Shown piece by piece: positions 7,667-17,220 of a stretch of DNA of 64,000 nucleotides. Below the pieces are notes generated by a model that was not told where the DNA came from, did not search any database, and saw nothing but the letters and a program-made list of their open reading frames with translations. The stretch's first letter is position 1. The number at the start of each line of letters is the position of its first letter. Position numbers and translations under genes: made by a program. Origin of the DNA: a virus. The stretch lies in UHGV virus genome UHGV-0125682; one strand, given 5' to 3'.

Positions 7667-10600
7667 TTGAACAAGTCAGTTACTTCCGCGCTATCCGAAG
7701 CAGCAGACATTAACAGTGTTATTGCGCTGGTTTCTTCATTAGAGAGGCGAGAAACACGCCAGGGGCGCAGTAGTTACGTAGTCACCAGTAAAGGGGCAGA
7801 GGTAAAGACGGCTTTTAAGGTCGTTGATGCCAGCAGTCTGATCATTTCGAACAACCTTGACGGTACGATTAATCCGGCCTTCCCGGAAGAACTCCAGCCA
7901 CGTGACCGTACACGGCTATCAAGCAAACTCCAGGTTAACCGTATTGCCTCCAATTTACGCCCGGCACAATTAACGGATTCCGGCATGAGCAGCCACGGAG
8001 CGCCGATAGTTGGTCCGGACAACGTTGTTGAATCCGGCAACGGAAGGAGCATGGGTATCTGGCGTGCCTATGAGCAAGGGCAGGCGGATGAATATCGCCA
8101 GTACCTGATCGATCATGCAAAAGAGTTTGGTCTGAATCCTGACGACATTTCACAAATGTCTATGCCCGTATTGGTGCGAGAAAGACTCACAGATGTAGAC
8201 CGCGCACAATTTGCCCGCGATTCAAACATCAGCGATCTGCAAGAGATGGCTGCAAGTGAAAAAGCGTATGCGGATGCGCAATTTCTCACTGAGAGCGTCA
8301 TGGCGCTATTTAATCCTTCAGATGATGGAAATCTACTGGCGCGGTCCAATGATGCGTTTATTCGTGCGTTTTTGCGCGAAATAGGTGATACGGCGACGGC
8401 AGGTTTGCTTACTGCCGATGGGCGTCCAACGAAACAACTTATCGACCGCATCCAGAATGCAATTTTTGCCAAAGCGTACAAGGATGAAAGGCTTGTTCGG
8501 CTGGTGGCGGAAGAGCCAGATCCGGAAATGCGTAACATTCTTACCGCATTAAATACGGCAGCCAGCGATTTTGCGCAAATGCAGTCGCTTTCAGGTGATG
8601 TTCACCATGACACGGTAACCGGACTGGTAGACGGTATAGAGCAATTGAATGGTCTGGATAAACAGGCTATTGCCGCGCTACAGGAAGCAATTAACCTTGT
8701 TCGTGAAGCAAAAGATAACGGTCAGGCAGTAGAAGAGGTGATCGCACAGCGTGGATTGTTTGGAGATAGCACTCCGGAAGCAGAAGCGCTTGCTCTGTTT
8801 ATTGTTGCCAACAACCGAAGCGCTAAGCGAATGGGGGCAGCTTTCAAGAAACTGGCGCAAAAAATTAACGATGAACTTATTCACCAGCAACAAGCGTTAG
8901 GCGATATGTTCGGCGGCGGAGATGTCGATCTGCGTAGCATTTTATCTGCCGTTTCTGATGAAATTGAGGCTGAGTATGGCGAAGGTAAAGGGCTTAATTT
9001 CGCCATGTTTGAATCGGTTTCAGGAGAGGTCGAACCATACATTTCAAAGCTAATTGCTGATGCGACCAGCGTGGAGGACTTGATCCGAATCGTGAAGGTG
9101 TCAGAAAAAATTAAGGAGTCCGCAAAAAAAATAAAGCGCAATGTATTTTTGGAACTTGGTTTTTATATTCGCAATGTCACCGTTAATGAGATTAAGGAGT
9201 GGGCTAAACGTTATGGATACAGCGACGCTGTGTTAACAACGATGTTATTGTCTTATCAACGCAGCAATTTTTATGCTAACGCACTGCGTGACGCGATTGA
9301 AAAAGGAGATGAAGCTCCTTCGCTCGCAGATGAAAGAAATATTGATTGTGATATTGAAACGTTTTGCAACATATCAGAAGAAGGCGTGCCCGCTGAACAA
9401 TTTATACGTGTTTTACATAATGCAGCAAAACATATTCCTGATGACTTTAGTATTGATGAATTGCGCAATGGTTGTCTTGTTTGGTTAGGTAACTATTTAA
9501 AATCTCCAGCGTCTATTGCAGAGAAAACAGCTTTAAGATTTAGAAAGGAAATGAATAAAGCTGGAAGCGCAGAAGAGATGGTGTGCATAATCCAAAATAC
9601 TTTGAAGTTATTCAAAAAGAGCTTGCATAATATCGACGATATTATGGCGGCTGGTAGGAAAATAACAGCCAGTGTCGGAGTTAGCTCTGAACTAACGGCA
9701 GAGGAGATCGCTGATGCGTATATTGAGACACTTGTCAGGCTTAAGGAGATAGTGGAATTAGCAGAGCATTCCTCATATTACGGAATCAAGGAGCGTGTTG
9801 ACTTTACTATAGAACAAATCAATAAAGTTAGGTCAAATAAGGAAAAACTCACTGACTACCTTGCTGATGTTTTGCACCAGAATGATCATGGGATTGGATA
9901 TGATCTGAAAAAAATGCTTGTTTTTAATCTGGACATACCGGAAGACTTGCAAGCAGAACTATATGAAATAGCTTCATTAACACGTGGACAAAAAGCCTAT
10001 CCTAATGCGCTTGAAAATGTAGTACATAAAAAAGTCAGAGCCGCATTTGACATGATTCTTGAATCGTCAAATGTGTCACATGACCAGTCTAAGGAATGGA
10101 GTCGTGGGATTGCTATTTCTGATGAAGCAGAGCAGTTAAGTGGTCACGATAATGAAACTTTCTCCCGTAAAGCATACAGTATTCGCGAGACGATTGAAAA
10201 AGCCTATATTATTTCAGGAGGGACTTTATCTACATTAAAAAATATTAACCACAAGAACAATGTTCGTGCTTTTGCAAGTCGAAATGGGAATATAACAATT
10301 GATGCTAATAGTGATCACGAGCGTGTATTATGGCATGAAATAGGTCACCATATAGAACATTCAAATCCCCATCTATTGGAGAGGGCCAAAGCCTTCATTA
10401 AATCAAAAACTAACGGTAAAGTTTCTTATCATAATATTGGTAGCCGTGGCAGTGCTGAGTATTTGGTGCGAACCGACCTAAGTCATGGATATATGTCTAA
10501 AATTTATATGGAAAATACGGTAAGTTCTGTCAGCGGCAGATTTATATCAAAGCCACCTGCATTAAGCAATTGCAGGGCGACTGAGATTTTTTCTATGGCC

Positions 10601-10708
10601 TTGCAGATGTATGCCGATCCGGAGCAGGCGACTAACTCTGTATTAAACAATGACGGCGTGCTGGAATTTTTCTTGGGATGTATGAAGGAGTTGCAAAATG
10701 AAGTATAG
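7667..10708 (+). CDS. ddrB: DdrB-like large protein with C-terminal HExxH (putative Zn-metallopeptidase) motif
   Basis: 1013 aa; TTG start with RBS AAGGGGAG; C-terminal half AT-rich; motif LWHEIGHHIEH near aa 880. Confidence 0.45.
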   Translation: MNKSVTSALSEAADINSVIALVSSLERRETRQGRSSYVVTSKGAEVKTAFKVVDASSLIISNNLDGTINPAFPEELQPRDRTRLSSKLQVNRIASNLRPAQLTDSGMSSHGAPIVGPDNVVESGNGRSMGIWRAYEQGQADEYRQYLIDHAKEFGLNPDDISQMSMPVLVRERLTDVDRAQFARDSNISDLQEMAASEKAYADAQFLTESVMALFNPSDDGNLLARSNDAFIRAFLREIGDTATAGLLTADGRPTKQLIDRIQNAIFAKAYKDERLVRLVAEEPDPEMRNILTALNTAASDFAQMQSLSGDVHHDTVTGLVDGIEQLNGLDKQAIAALQEAINLVREAKDNGQAVEEVIAQRGLFGDSTPEAEALALFIVANNRSAKRMGAAFKKLAQKINDELIHQQQALGDMFGGGDVDLRSILSAVSDEIEAEYGEGKGLNFAMFESVSGEVEPYISKLIADATSVEDLIRIVKVSEKIKESAKKIKRNVFLELGFYIRNVTVNEIKEWAKRYGYSDAVLTTMLLSYQRSNFYANALRDAIEKGDEAPSLADERNIDCDIETFCNISEEGVPAEQFIRVLHNAAKHIPDDFSIDELRNGCLVWLGNYLKSPASIAEKTALRFRKEMNKAGSAEEMVCIIQNTLKLFKKSLHNIDDIMAAGRKITASVGVSSELTAEEIADAYIETLVRLKEIVELAEHSSYYGIKERVDFTIEQINKVRSNKEKLTDYLADVLHQNDHGIGYDLKKMLVFNLDIPEDLQAELYEIASLTRGQKAYPNALENVVHKKVRAAFDMILESSNVSHDQSKEWSRGIAISDEAEQLSGHDNETFSRKAYSIRETIEKAYIISGGTLSTLKNINHKNNVRAFASRNGNITIDANSDHERVLWHEIGHHIEHSNPHLLERAKAFIKSKTNGKVSYHNIGSRGSAEYLVRTDLSHGYMSKIYMENTVSSVSGRFISKPPALSNCRATEIFSMALQMYADPEQATNSVLNNDGVLEFFLGCMKELQNEV

Positions 10709-10991
10709 CATTGTGAGTCCCGCTGGGATTAGAGGGATTGTTGAATGCTCTGATGACGGCACATTGCGTATATTTGAAGGCGATATTTCGGAAGAAAATA
10801 TTGCGCAAGATTTACGCTTTATCAACACAAATTCCGCAATGGGGATCGTGAATACCATTCATGCCGATGGGGTGTTTGTTCTGCGGAGCCTGGAAACTGT
10901 TGGCTGGGAGGTTGAGTGGCCAGAGGTGGAAGGAGATCCTGACGACGAAGACGATACTGGCGAATCATATCAAGACATTGATGTGAATTGA
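10698..10991 (+). CDS. Hypothetical acidic protein (overlaps ddrB end)
   Basis: 97 aa ORF; ATG at 10698; followed by terminator. Confidence 0.4.
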   Translation: MKYSIVSPAGIRGIVECSDDGTLRIFEGDISEENIAQDLRFINTNSAMGIVNTIHADGVFVLRSLETVGWEVEWPEVEGDPDDEDDTGESYQDIDVN

Positions 10992-11004
10992 TATGATTGA
11001 TAAT

Positions 11005-11027
11005 CCCGCCGTCAGGCGGGTTTTTTT
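11005..11027. terminator. Rho-independent terminator between convergent genes
   Basis: CCCGCC-GTCA-GGCGGG followed by TTTTTTT. Confidence 0.75.
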
Positions 11028-11289
11028 AGCGTGGTGTAAGAATAAATTCAGGATGCTCTCCAGCAAGCAATAACAGGTACTCAAATTCACCAGCCATAAG
11101 GCGTCTCGGTTTATTTCTATCTTCTTTGAATTGCCAAGCCCGGAGTTGATACCCCATTTTGTGGGCTAACTCCGTTTGCGTTAGCCCCATTCGCTGGCGG
11201 ATTTCAATTATAGTTTCCGGGGTGTTTGGTGGGAGTTGTTTCACAATATGCCCTTTGCCAATGCTGTGATTCGCAACGAAGTATATCAT
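11026..11289 (-). CDS. hxr: XRE-family HTH regulator (P1 Hxr-like)
   Basis: 87 aa; ...IRQRMGLTQTELAHKMGY... helix-turn-helix. Confidence 0.55.
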   Translation of the reverse strand: MIYFVANHSIGKGHIVKQLPPNTPETIIEIRQRMGLTQTELAHKMGYQLRAWQFKEDRNKPRRLMAGEFEYLLLLAGEHPEFILTPR

Positions 11290-11301
11290 CGTTGAATCGA
11301 T

Positions 11302-11604
11302 TCACAGAGCTGCGCCGAATAGACCGCAGCATGGCATCCCTTCATCACAGTACCTGGCCCATTCTTTTTGGCATTCTTCTGTTTGCGCGTATTGGCTTAA
11401 CGCGTCATCCAGCATATCCCAGGCCTTATAGGAATCCTCTGCAACGCTAAACAAAGTCCTGCCTTCCCGGCTTAGAATTTGCAGATTGTAAATGTTTTCA
11501 TTGCTCAGACATGCGCGGCTGATATGCATGTAAACCGACCATGCAGGAACTCGATTTTTGATAGCAAGTTGGTGTAATTTGGAATTAATTAAAGAGCTTT
11601 TCAT
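11302..11604 (-). CDS. Hypothetical protein
   Basis: ~100 aa from ATG preceded by GGAGAAA; Cys-rich C-terminus. Confidence 0.4.
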   Translation of the reverse strand: MKSSLINSKLHQLAIKNRVPAWSVYMHISRACLSNENIYNLQILSREGRTLFSVAEDSYKAWDMLDDALSQYAQTEECQKEWARYCDEGMPCCGLFGAAL

Positions 11605-11787
11605 GGGATTTCTCCGCAGCAAAGTGGTCAACTTTTTCAATCTTAATGCGCACAATGTGCATATTCAAGTTTTATTCTTCACTTTGTTACGAGAGGGGCC
11701 AGCCAATATTTCTAGTTGAAAAGATCCATCATCAAAAATCACATACTGATTATGCTGCCGCAAACTGAAAACATTTCGCGGTGACTC

Positions 11788-13470
11788 ATGGCAACGAAAG
11801 ACAAAAACAAAGGCTTTCTGTCGGCATTGAAGAAAGCCTTCAACAGTGGCGATGTCACGCCTGCCGATCCGGTCGTTTTTACGAGCGGTCATAGTGTCGT
11901 TGCGCGTTCTGGTCTGTCCGCTTTACGTCCGGGGATACTGGGTGGCAATAGCGATGGCATGACAAGCGCGGCAGATACAGTATCAATTTCGGCAGAACTG
12001 CCCGGCGACCGCCTGCAAAAGTACAACATCCTGGAAACGATGGCTAAAAGCCCGACTATCTCGACGGCTTTAAATATTCACATTGCACATGCGCTTGCGC
12101 CTTCAAAAAAAACCGGACAAGCATTCATCCTTTCGCCAAAGGATGGTTCCGATGCCGAGGCAGTAAGTAGATGTGAAGAGTTAACCGCTGATTTGGGGAC
12201 GATGATTAATGACGGACTTCCTTCATGGGCCATGATTATGGCGATCTTTGGGGTGTCTTATGTCCGACCTTATGCTGAACAGGGCAGGGGGATAACAGGC
12301 ATTGAGTCCAGTTATTACACTCTGCCACACTTCGTCCAGGAGTTTTATCGTGGTAGCCAGCTGGTAGGTTTCAGTGGTGATTACATTCTGGATACGCATA
12401 GTTTGCGCAGAGTAATAACCGAACCGTGGAATCTGGTTTCCATGAAAAATCCCTATTGGACGCCACAGCATAAAGTTATTCCGGTTAGCTACGGCACAAA
12501 AGGGTACTCACTGTTAAGTGATCAGGCTGATAAGCCGTTAATGGAGACGCAGAATTACGGAACTTCATTCCTGGAATACAGCTATGAACCTTACCTTAAT
12601 TTATGTGCTTCGCTCGCCGCGCTGAAATCAACGCGAAATAATGCAGCCAAAATTGACCGCCTGATTGCTCTTACGACGAACACACTGGACCCGGTTAATG
12701 CGGCGAACTATACGCGTGGCGTCAGCCAGGCATTGAAGCGTCATAGTGACCTGGTGGCGCAAAGGTCGATTAATGCCAACGCTATTCCGACTGTGCTTAA
12801 CCATCTGATACCTGTTATGGGAGACGGGAAGAACGGCATCACCATTGATACGCAATCCATACCCGCAGATATCAGTGGTATCGAAGACGTTATGTTTCAC
12901 CTCCGGCAGCTTGCTGCAAGCCTCGGCATTGACGCAACAATGCTTGGCTGGGCTGATCAGATGAGCGGAGGGCTTGGAGAAGGCGGCTGGCAGCAAACTG
13001 CTATCCAGGCTGCATTGCGTGCGAACTGGATCAGACAGGCCGCCCAGCGAACTATTTATCGGCTTCTGGACATTCACCTCGCTTATAAATACGGCAAGGT
13101 TTACACCGAAACAAACCGCCCTTATGACGTGCAATTCAACTCAATGAACACAGCTATCCAGGAAGAGGAAAACCGAGAACTGGATGCACGCGCCAACTTT
13201 GTTGCTGTCATCTCCCAAATTATGGACCAGATCCAGAACAACCCGAAACTGGCTGGTAGTGACGCGTTTATGCGTTATCTGTTCACCGAGCAGTTGCACA
13301 TCGACGATGACACTCTCAACACCATGATCAAAGAGTTTAAGGCGAATGAATCAGAGCAAAACAGCGAGCATGGTATGTACGAATCCGCGCCGTTGTCGTC
13401 CGGTGACGATCCGGAAAACTGGACGCCAGAACAGTTAATAAACTTTGCAAAATTTGTGATGAGCAATTAA
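11788..13470 (+). CDS. Putative virion morphogenesis protein (possibly portal, P1 Prt-like by size)
   Basis: 560 aa ORF; assignment by size and neighbourhood only. Confidence 0.35.
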   Translation: MATKDKNKGFLSALKKAFNSGDVTPADPVVFTSGHSVVARSGLSALRPGILGGNSDGMTSAADTVSISAELPGDRLQKYNILETMAKSPTISTALNIHIAHALAPSKKTGQAFILSPKDGSDAEAVSRCEELTADLGTMINDGLPSWAMIMAIFGVSYVRPYAEQGRGITGIESSYYTLPHFVQEFYRGSQLVGFSGDYILDTHSLRRVITEPWNLVSMKNPYWTPQHKVIPVSYGTKGYSLLSDQADKPLMETQNYGTSFLEYSYEPYLNLCASLAALKSTRNNAAKIDRLIALTTNTLDPVNAANYTRGVSQALKRHSDLVAQRSINANAIPTVLNHLIPVMGDGKNGITIDTQSIPADISGIEDVMFHLRQLAASLGIDATMLGWADQMSGGLGEGGWQQTAIQAALRANWIRQAAQRTIYRLLDIHLAYKYGKVYTETNRPYDVQFNSMNTAIQEEENRELDARANFVAVISQIMDQIQNNPKLAGSDAFMRYLFTEQLHIDDDTLNTMIKEFKANESEQNSEHGMYESAPLSSGDDPENWTPEQLINFAKFVMSN

Positions 13471-13483
13471 CCGGAGGGAAATA

Positions 13484-14482
13484 ATGCAATCACTGAATAC
13501 TGTTACGGATCGCTTCTCCCTGGTAGAGAAAATCCGCAAACACACACCGCAGAACAACCGAAATTACGTCATTCAGTCGGTACGAGACACATTCAACTCG
13601 CCAGAAACAAAAGAGCGTATCGCGCTGGGTGAGATGTATGGTTATTACGGTCATGGTCGCCGGGCGATGCACTATAACAAAACGAAAAGCCTGAACTTGC
13701 CGGAAGTCTCTGTTGTGATGGTAGATGGGAAGCCTGTTGTATTGGAGAACGTGCCGTCAAACAGGACTATCGACATTTCGATTGACGACAACGGCATTGT
13801 TACTCATACGCAGGAAATACTGGATACAGACACCGGGCGTATTGTTCAGGGCATGATTAATTCTGGTGCTGGTGGTTGGTCGTGGGCTACATCTGGTCCA
13901 GATTCATCGGTATCCCTGGTAAAGTCTTTCCACGGCTTTGATTACGTAACTGTGCCTAACTATATCAGCCTCGACAAGAAAAGCCTGATGCTTGAATCAG
14001 CAGAAGAGCGCGATGCGGCTATTCATGCAGCACTTATCGAACAAGGTTTTACCGATAACGCTGCTACGGATCTGGTTCACCACTTTTCAGCAATGAAAAA
14101 TCAGCAAGCCATGCTCGAATCTGCACATCGTGAAGCCCTGGAATCAGAATTGATGCTCCTTGAAGTGGAAAACATACAGCTTCGAGATAAGCTGCGCGCT
14201 CAAACAGCGATGATGGAAAGCCAGGGGGAAAATGCAAAGCAATGCCGCCGGATTTTGCGTGACGCTATCCAGGAAATGCCTGTTTTTATCAGCGCAGAAC
14301 AGCGCCGGGCGCTCTGCCGTATGCAGTCTGAAGATGATGCCCGCATAGTGGCTGCGATGCTTGAATCTCTTGGGGCAAATGCTACTTATGGCTTACCGGT
14401 ATCAGGCAAGAAAGAACCAGAGTTATCACCGAAGGAGAACAAAAACACCACCCCGTTACTCTTCGTTTCCAGAAGGGGGTAA
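13484..14482 (+). CDS. Putative head maturation protease/scaffold (P1 Pro-like by size)
   Basis: 332 aa with C-terminal coiled coil; immediately after preceding gene. Confidence 0.3.
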   Translation: MQSLNTVTDRFSLVEKIRKHTPQNNRNYVIQSVRDTFNSPETKERIALGEMYGYYGHGRRAMHYNKTKSLNLPEVSVVMVDGKPVVLENVPSNRTIDISIDDNGIVTHTQEILDTDTGRIVQGMINSGAGGWSWATSGPDSSVSLVKSFHGFDYVTVPNYISLDKKSLMLESAEERDAAIHAALIEQGFTDNAATDLVHHFSAMKNQQAMLESAHREALESELMLLEVENIQLRDKLRAQTAMMESQGENAKQCRRILRDAIQEMPVFISAEQRRALCRMQSEDDARIVAAMLESLGANATYGLPVSGKKEPELSPKENKNTTPLLFVSRRG

Positions 14483-14492
14483 TCGCCTTGTT

Positions 14493-14510
14493 AAGTTAAA
14501 TTTCTAACAT
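14493..14510 (-). promoter_or_regulatory. Operator-like motif (AAGTTAAATTTCTAACAT)
   Basis: Instance of recurring 18-bp motif AAATTAGTTTTCTAACAT. Confidence 0.4.
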
Positions 14511-14597
14511 AGTGTATTTATATACACTGTTGATCCTGGTGGATGGGATCGAGTAGGATCGCGGTCACTGCTCCGGTAGCGACTGCCAAAAAAGCAA

Positions 14598-14620
14598 AAG
14601 CCGCTGAGAAGCGGCTTTTT
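14598..14620 (+). terminator. Rho-independent terminator
   Basis: AGCCGCT-GAGA-AGCGGCT followed by TTTTT. Confidence 0.7.
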
Positions 14621-14682
14621 GGGTGTATAAATCCACTGCCATAGATTTATACGGTAGATAGATTTTTTCACGGAACTATCTG

Positions 14683-15645
14683 GTGAGTATTTTAAATTCA
14701 GTTTCAGTAACTTTCAACACTTCTGAGTATAAAAACAACACTGAATACCACAAAAAAATCAAAGGTCATCAGTTGAGTTTTTTTGCTCGTCATAGCGGTC
14801 TTCTTTCCCCTTCACATAGCGCCATTATTGCCGAGTTCGCCAACCTGGCAGGGTCTACCGATGAATACATGATCCGTCGCTCATATGCTGATATGTCCGA
14901 GATTACAGGACGCAGTATTTCTACTGTGCGCCGGGCATTTGCTGAAGCGACGAAGTGCGGAATGCTTGTTAAGCAACATCAGGTAGCGAATAACAATGCC
15001 CAGGTGTGTAACGTATATCGGTTTACGACACAATTTCTCCACTTCATTCATGTAGCAATGGAGATAGGGGGTAAGCAGGGCATCAAATTTGCCAACGCCA
15101 CAAAACTGGTTAAGCAGTTGATTTCAAAGGTTCGTTATTTTTTTGAAACTGGGAACCCCCTGTTCAAATTGAACAAGTCCCCCCATGTTCAAAATGAACA
15201 GCCAATAGAAAATAAGAGTTACTCTATAGCCAAAAGAAGAGAAAGATCATGCGCGGTTCAGCCAAAGGCTTCACCAGCAGATAGTTCTCAAACGGATAAC
15301 GGTGTACTGGATAAAAAACCAGTAATCAGGGAAGAACATACCAACCACTGCCTGGCGGCGGCAAAAGCGAGAGCTGCAAAGCGTCGTTCAGACGAGGGGC
15401 ACGCAAAACGGCAGGCTCTGTATCGTACCGCTGAAAAGCTGGCAAAAAAATTTGCATGGATACGTAGTGCCGCTACCGCAGTGAATAAGCCTAAACAATC
15501 CAGTGCCCTGGATTTCTCAATGGATTATTCTGGCTCCCAGGGGTGTGCAACCATTGGTGAAGCCTTTGACCTGATGAAACAGCGTGGCTATCGGTCTGAA
15601 TTTGACCGTGAGGATTGGTCAATCCCTGCGGGATTTAGGGGATGA
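14683..15645 (+). CDS. Putative replication initiator, winged-HTH (RepL-like)
   Basis: 320 aa; GTG start uncertain; wHTH-like SEITGRSISTVRRAFAEATKCGMLVK; twin palindromes inside the ORF. Confidence 0.4.
   Translation: MSILNSVSVTFNTSEYKNNTEYHKKIKGHQLSFFARHSGLLSPSHSAIIAEFANLAGSTDEYMIRRSYADMSEITGRSISTVRRAFAEATKCGMLVKQHQVANNNAQVCNVYRFTTQFLHFIHVAMEIGGKQGIKFANATKLVKQLISKVRYFFETGNPLFKLNKSPHVQNEQPIENKSYSIAKRRERSCAVQPKASPADSSQTDNGVLDKKPVIREEHTNHCLAAAKARAAKRRSDEGHAKRQALYRTAEKLAKKFAWIRSAATAVNKPKQSSALDFSMDYSGSQGCATIGEAFDLMKQRGYRSEFDREDWSIPAGFRG
15161..15200. other. Twin 15-bp palindromes inside RepL-like ORF (candidate origin or binding site)
   Basis: TGTTCAAATTGAACA and TGTTCAAAATGAACA, 25 bp apart, each preceded by a C5 run. 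Confidence 0.4.
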
Positions 15646-15698
15646 CCTGTGTGTCTACAAAACATCCCAATGATCGGAAAATGCTCGTTCGATGATTT

Positions 15699-15716
15699 GT
15701 GTTAGAAAATTAATTT
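15699..15716 (+). promoter_or_regulatory. Operator-like motif (GTGTTAGAAAATTAATTT)
   Basis: Recurring motif; upstream of icd/ant module. Confidence 0.45.
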
Positions 15717-16058
15717 GCTGTTTCTAAATCGGAATGTATGATCTGCATCATCGACTGAAGTCATCCATTGCTGAAATTTTTAGTTGATCTTCCATGTTTT
15801 CAGGCTTATATTCATGCCGTCGTAGCAAATTCTGCGACCGGGTTTGACAGCCTGAATACTTACGCGGACAACCGCACATTTCCGATATTGCGGTATTTTT
15901 GTGTCCGTAAAACCACGTTACGCCCGAATTATGGTGGGGCGTGATGGGGAGGCTTCGGCCTGCTGGTTTCGTAAGTGCCAGTCTGTCAACCCTGTCACGT
16001 CCTGCCACCTGTTTGACAGCGGGTCGCAGGTTGTTTATCAACTTACGAGGCCGTAACT

Positions 16059-16283
16059 ATGGTTAATGCCAATCCTTGCTCACGCCCAGAATTCATCTGG
16101 CGTTTCCACTCCCTGCAAAAACACTGCGATCACTTCGCAATTGCCGCAACCGAAAAAGAAGCCCGTTCTCTGATCCCTGATCAGTATGGTGTTCTTACTG
16201 GTCGTTTCTCTACTTCCCCACAACCAAACACTAATCCCTGGTATCGCAATATTACCAATCCCGGAATTGCGGAGGCACACTGA
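16059..16283 (+). CDS. Small protein paralogous to 56458-56673 (Icd-like position upstream of antirepressor)
   Basis: 74 aa; shared motif EFIWRF.S.QKH......AATE.EARS with the second copy; stop overlaps next start. Confidence 0.45.
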   Translation: MVNANPCSRPEFIWRFHSLQKHCDHFAIAATEKEARSLIPDQYGVLTGRFSTSPQPNTNPWYRNITNPGIAEAH

Positions 16284-16990
16284 TGGAAATCTGCATTCTT
16301 GAAAAGCCATCAATGACCAGCATTGAGATCGCGGAGCTGGTGGGAAGTCGTCACTCTGATGTTAAACGCAGCATCGAAAGACTTGTTGCTAAAGGAGTTA
16401 TCCAACATACGCCATTGGCTACAGTTGAGAATAATCAATCACTTAGCCCTAATAAATACACAAAAGCCTATTTCTTCGAAGGCGAGCAAGGCAAGCGCGA
16501 TAGTATTGTCGTCGTCGCGCAGCTCTCTCCCGAATTCACCGCCCGGCTGGTGGACCGCTGGCGCGAACTGGAAGAACAAGTACGCCAGCCGTTGACCGAA
16601 ATAGAGATGATCGCCGCAATGGCTGCAAATGCAGTTCAGCAGCAAAAGCGGCTTCATGTTGTTGAGTCAAAGGTTAGTCAGGTGGTAGAAACCGTCGAGC
16701 AAATCAAGAAGGGCAACATGCCAGATGGTTACATTGGCTACCGCCAGCTGGCTGCGAAATGTGGACTGACCGAAGCCAAATGCCGCAACCTGGTTAATGC
16801 TTACCGGATTCCCACCGATACACATGAGTTTTTAACTCCAGAGGGGGTATTGTCGCGTCGTTCCATCGTGGCCTTATCTCCCTTCATGAATGCTTTTAAC
16901 CGGATGATGTCGGAGGCTGAACACCGAGGAAAACGCTGGTATCACCCCAAAATGGGGCAATTCCAGGTGATCGGTTGGGGAGGTGAGTGA
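16283..16990 (+). CDS. Rha-family phage regulatory protein / antirepressor (Ant-like), lacking C-terminal domain
   Basis: MTSIEIAELVG.RH..VKR... Rha-type N-terminus; ~75% identical to 56673-57614 but stops early. Confidence 0.7.
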   Translation: MEICILEKPSMTSIEIAELVGSRHSDVKRSIERLVAKGVIQHTPLATVENNQSLSPNKYTKAYFFEGEQGKRDSIVVVAQLSPEFTARLVDRWRELEEQVRQPLTEIEMIAAMAANAVQQQKRLHVVESKVSQVVETVEQIKKGNMPDGYIGYRQLAAKCGLTEAKCRNLVNAYRIPTDTHEFLTPEGVLSRRSIVALSPFMNAFNRMMSEAEHRGKRWYHPKMGQFQVIGWGGE

Positions 16991-17187
16991 TGGACATCAT
17001 GCAGGCGGTAAAAAAAATCAGGGAAGGACAGGCTGAAGTGTGCCGCCGTAAAGCATGGAGTGTTGGTGTATGGGCCTGGCCTGATAATTACTCTACTACC
17101 GGATGGTTTTGTATTAATGGACTCCAGATCCGGGAAGTTGATTTATCGACGGCTGATATAGTCGGTAATGATTGGATCGTGACTTGA
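16987..17187 (+). CDS. Separate ORF matching the C-terminal domain of the intact antirepressor paralogue
   Basis: 66 aa ...CRRKAW.VGVWAWP... matches C-terminus of 56673-57614; different frame from 16283-16990. Confidence 0.4.
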   Translation: MMDIMQAVKKIREGQAEVCRRKAWSVGVWAWPDNYSTTGWFCINGLQIREVDLSTADIVGNDWIVT

Positions 17188-17195
17188 AGCGTGAT

Positions 17196-17220
17196 GCCCC
17201 GGCCTGGCCGGGGCTTTTTT
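17196..17220 (+). terminator. Rho-independent terminator
   Basis: GCCCCGGCC / GGCCGGGGC stem followed by TTTTTT. Confidence 0.7.
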
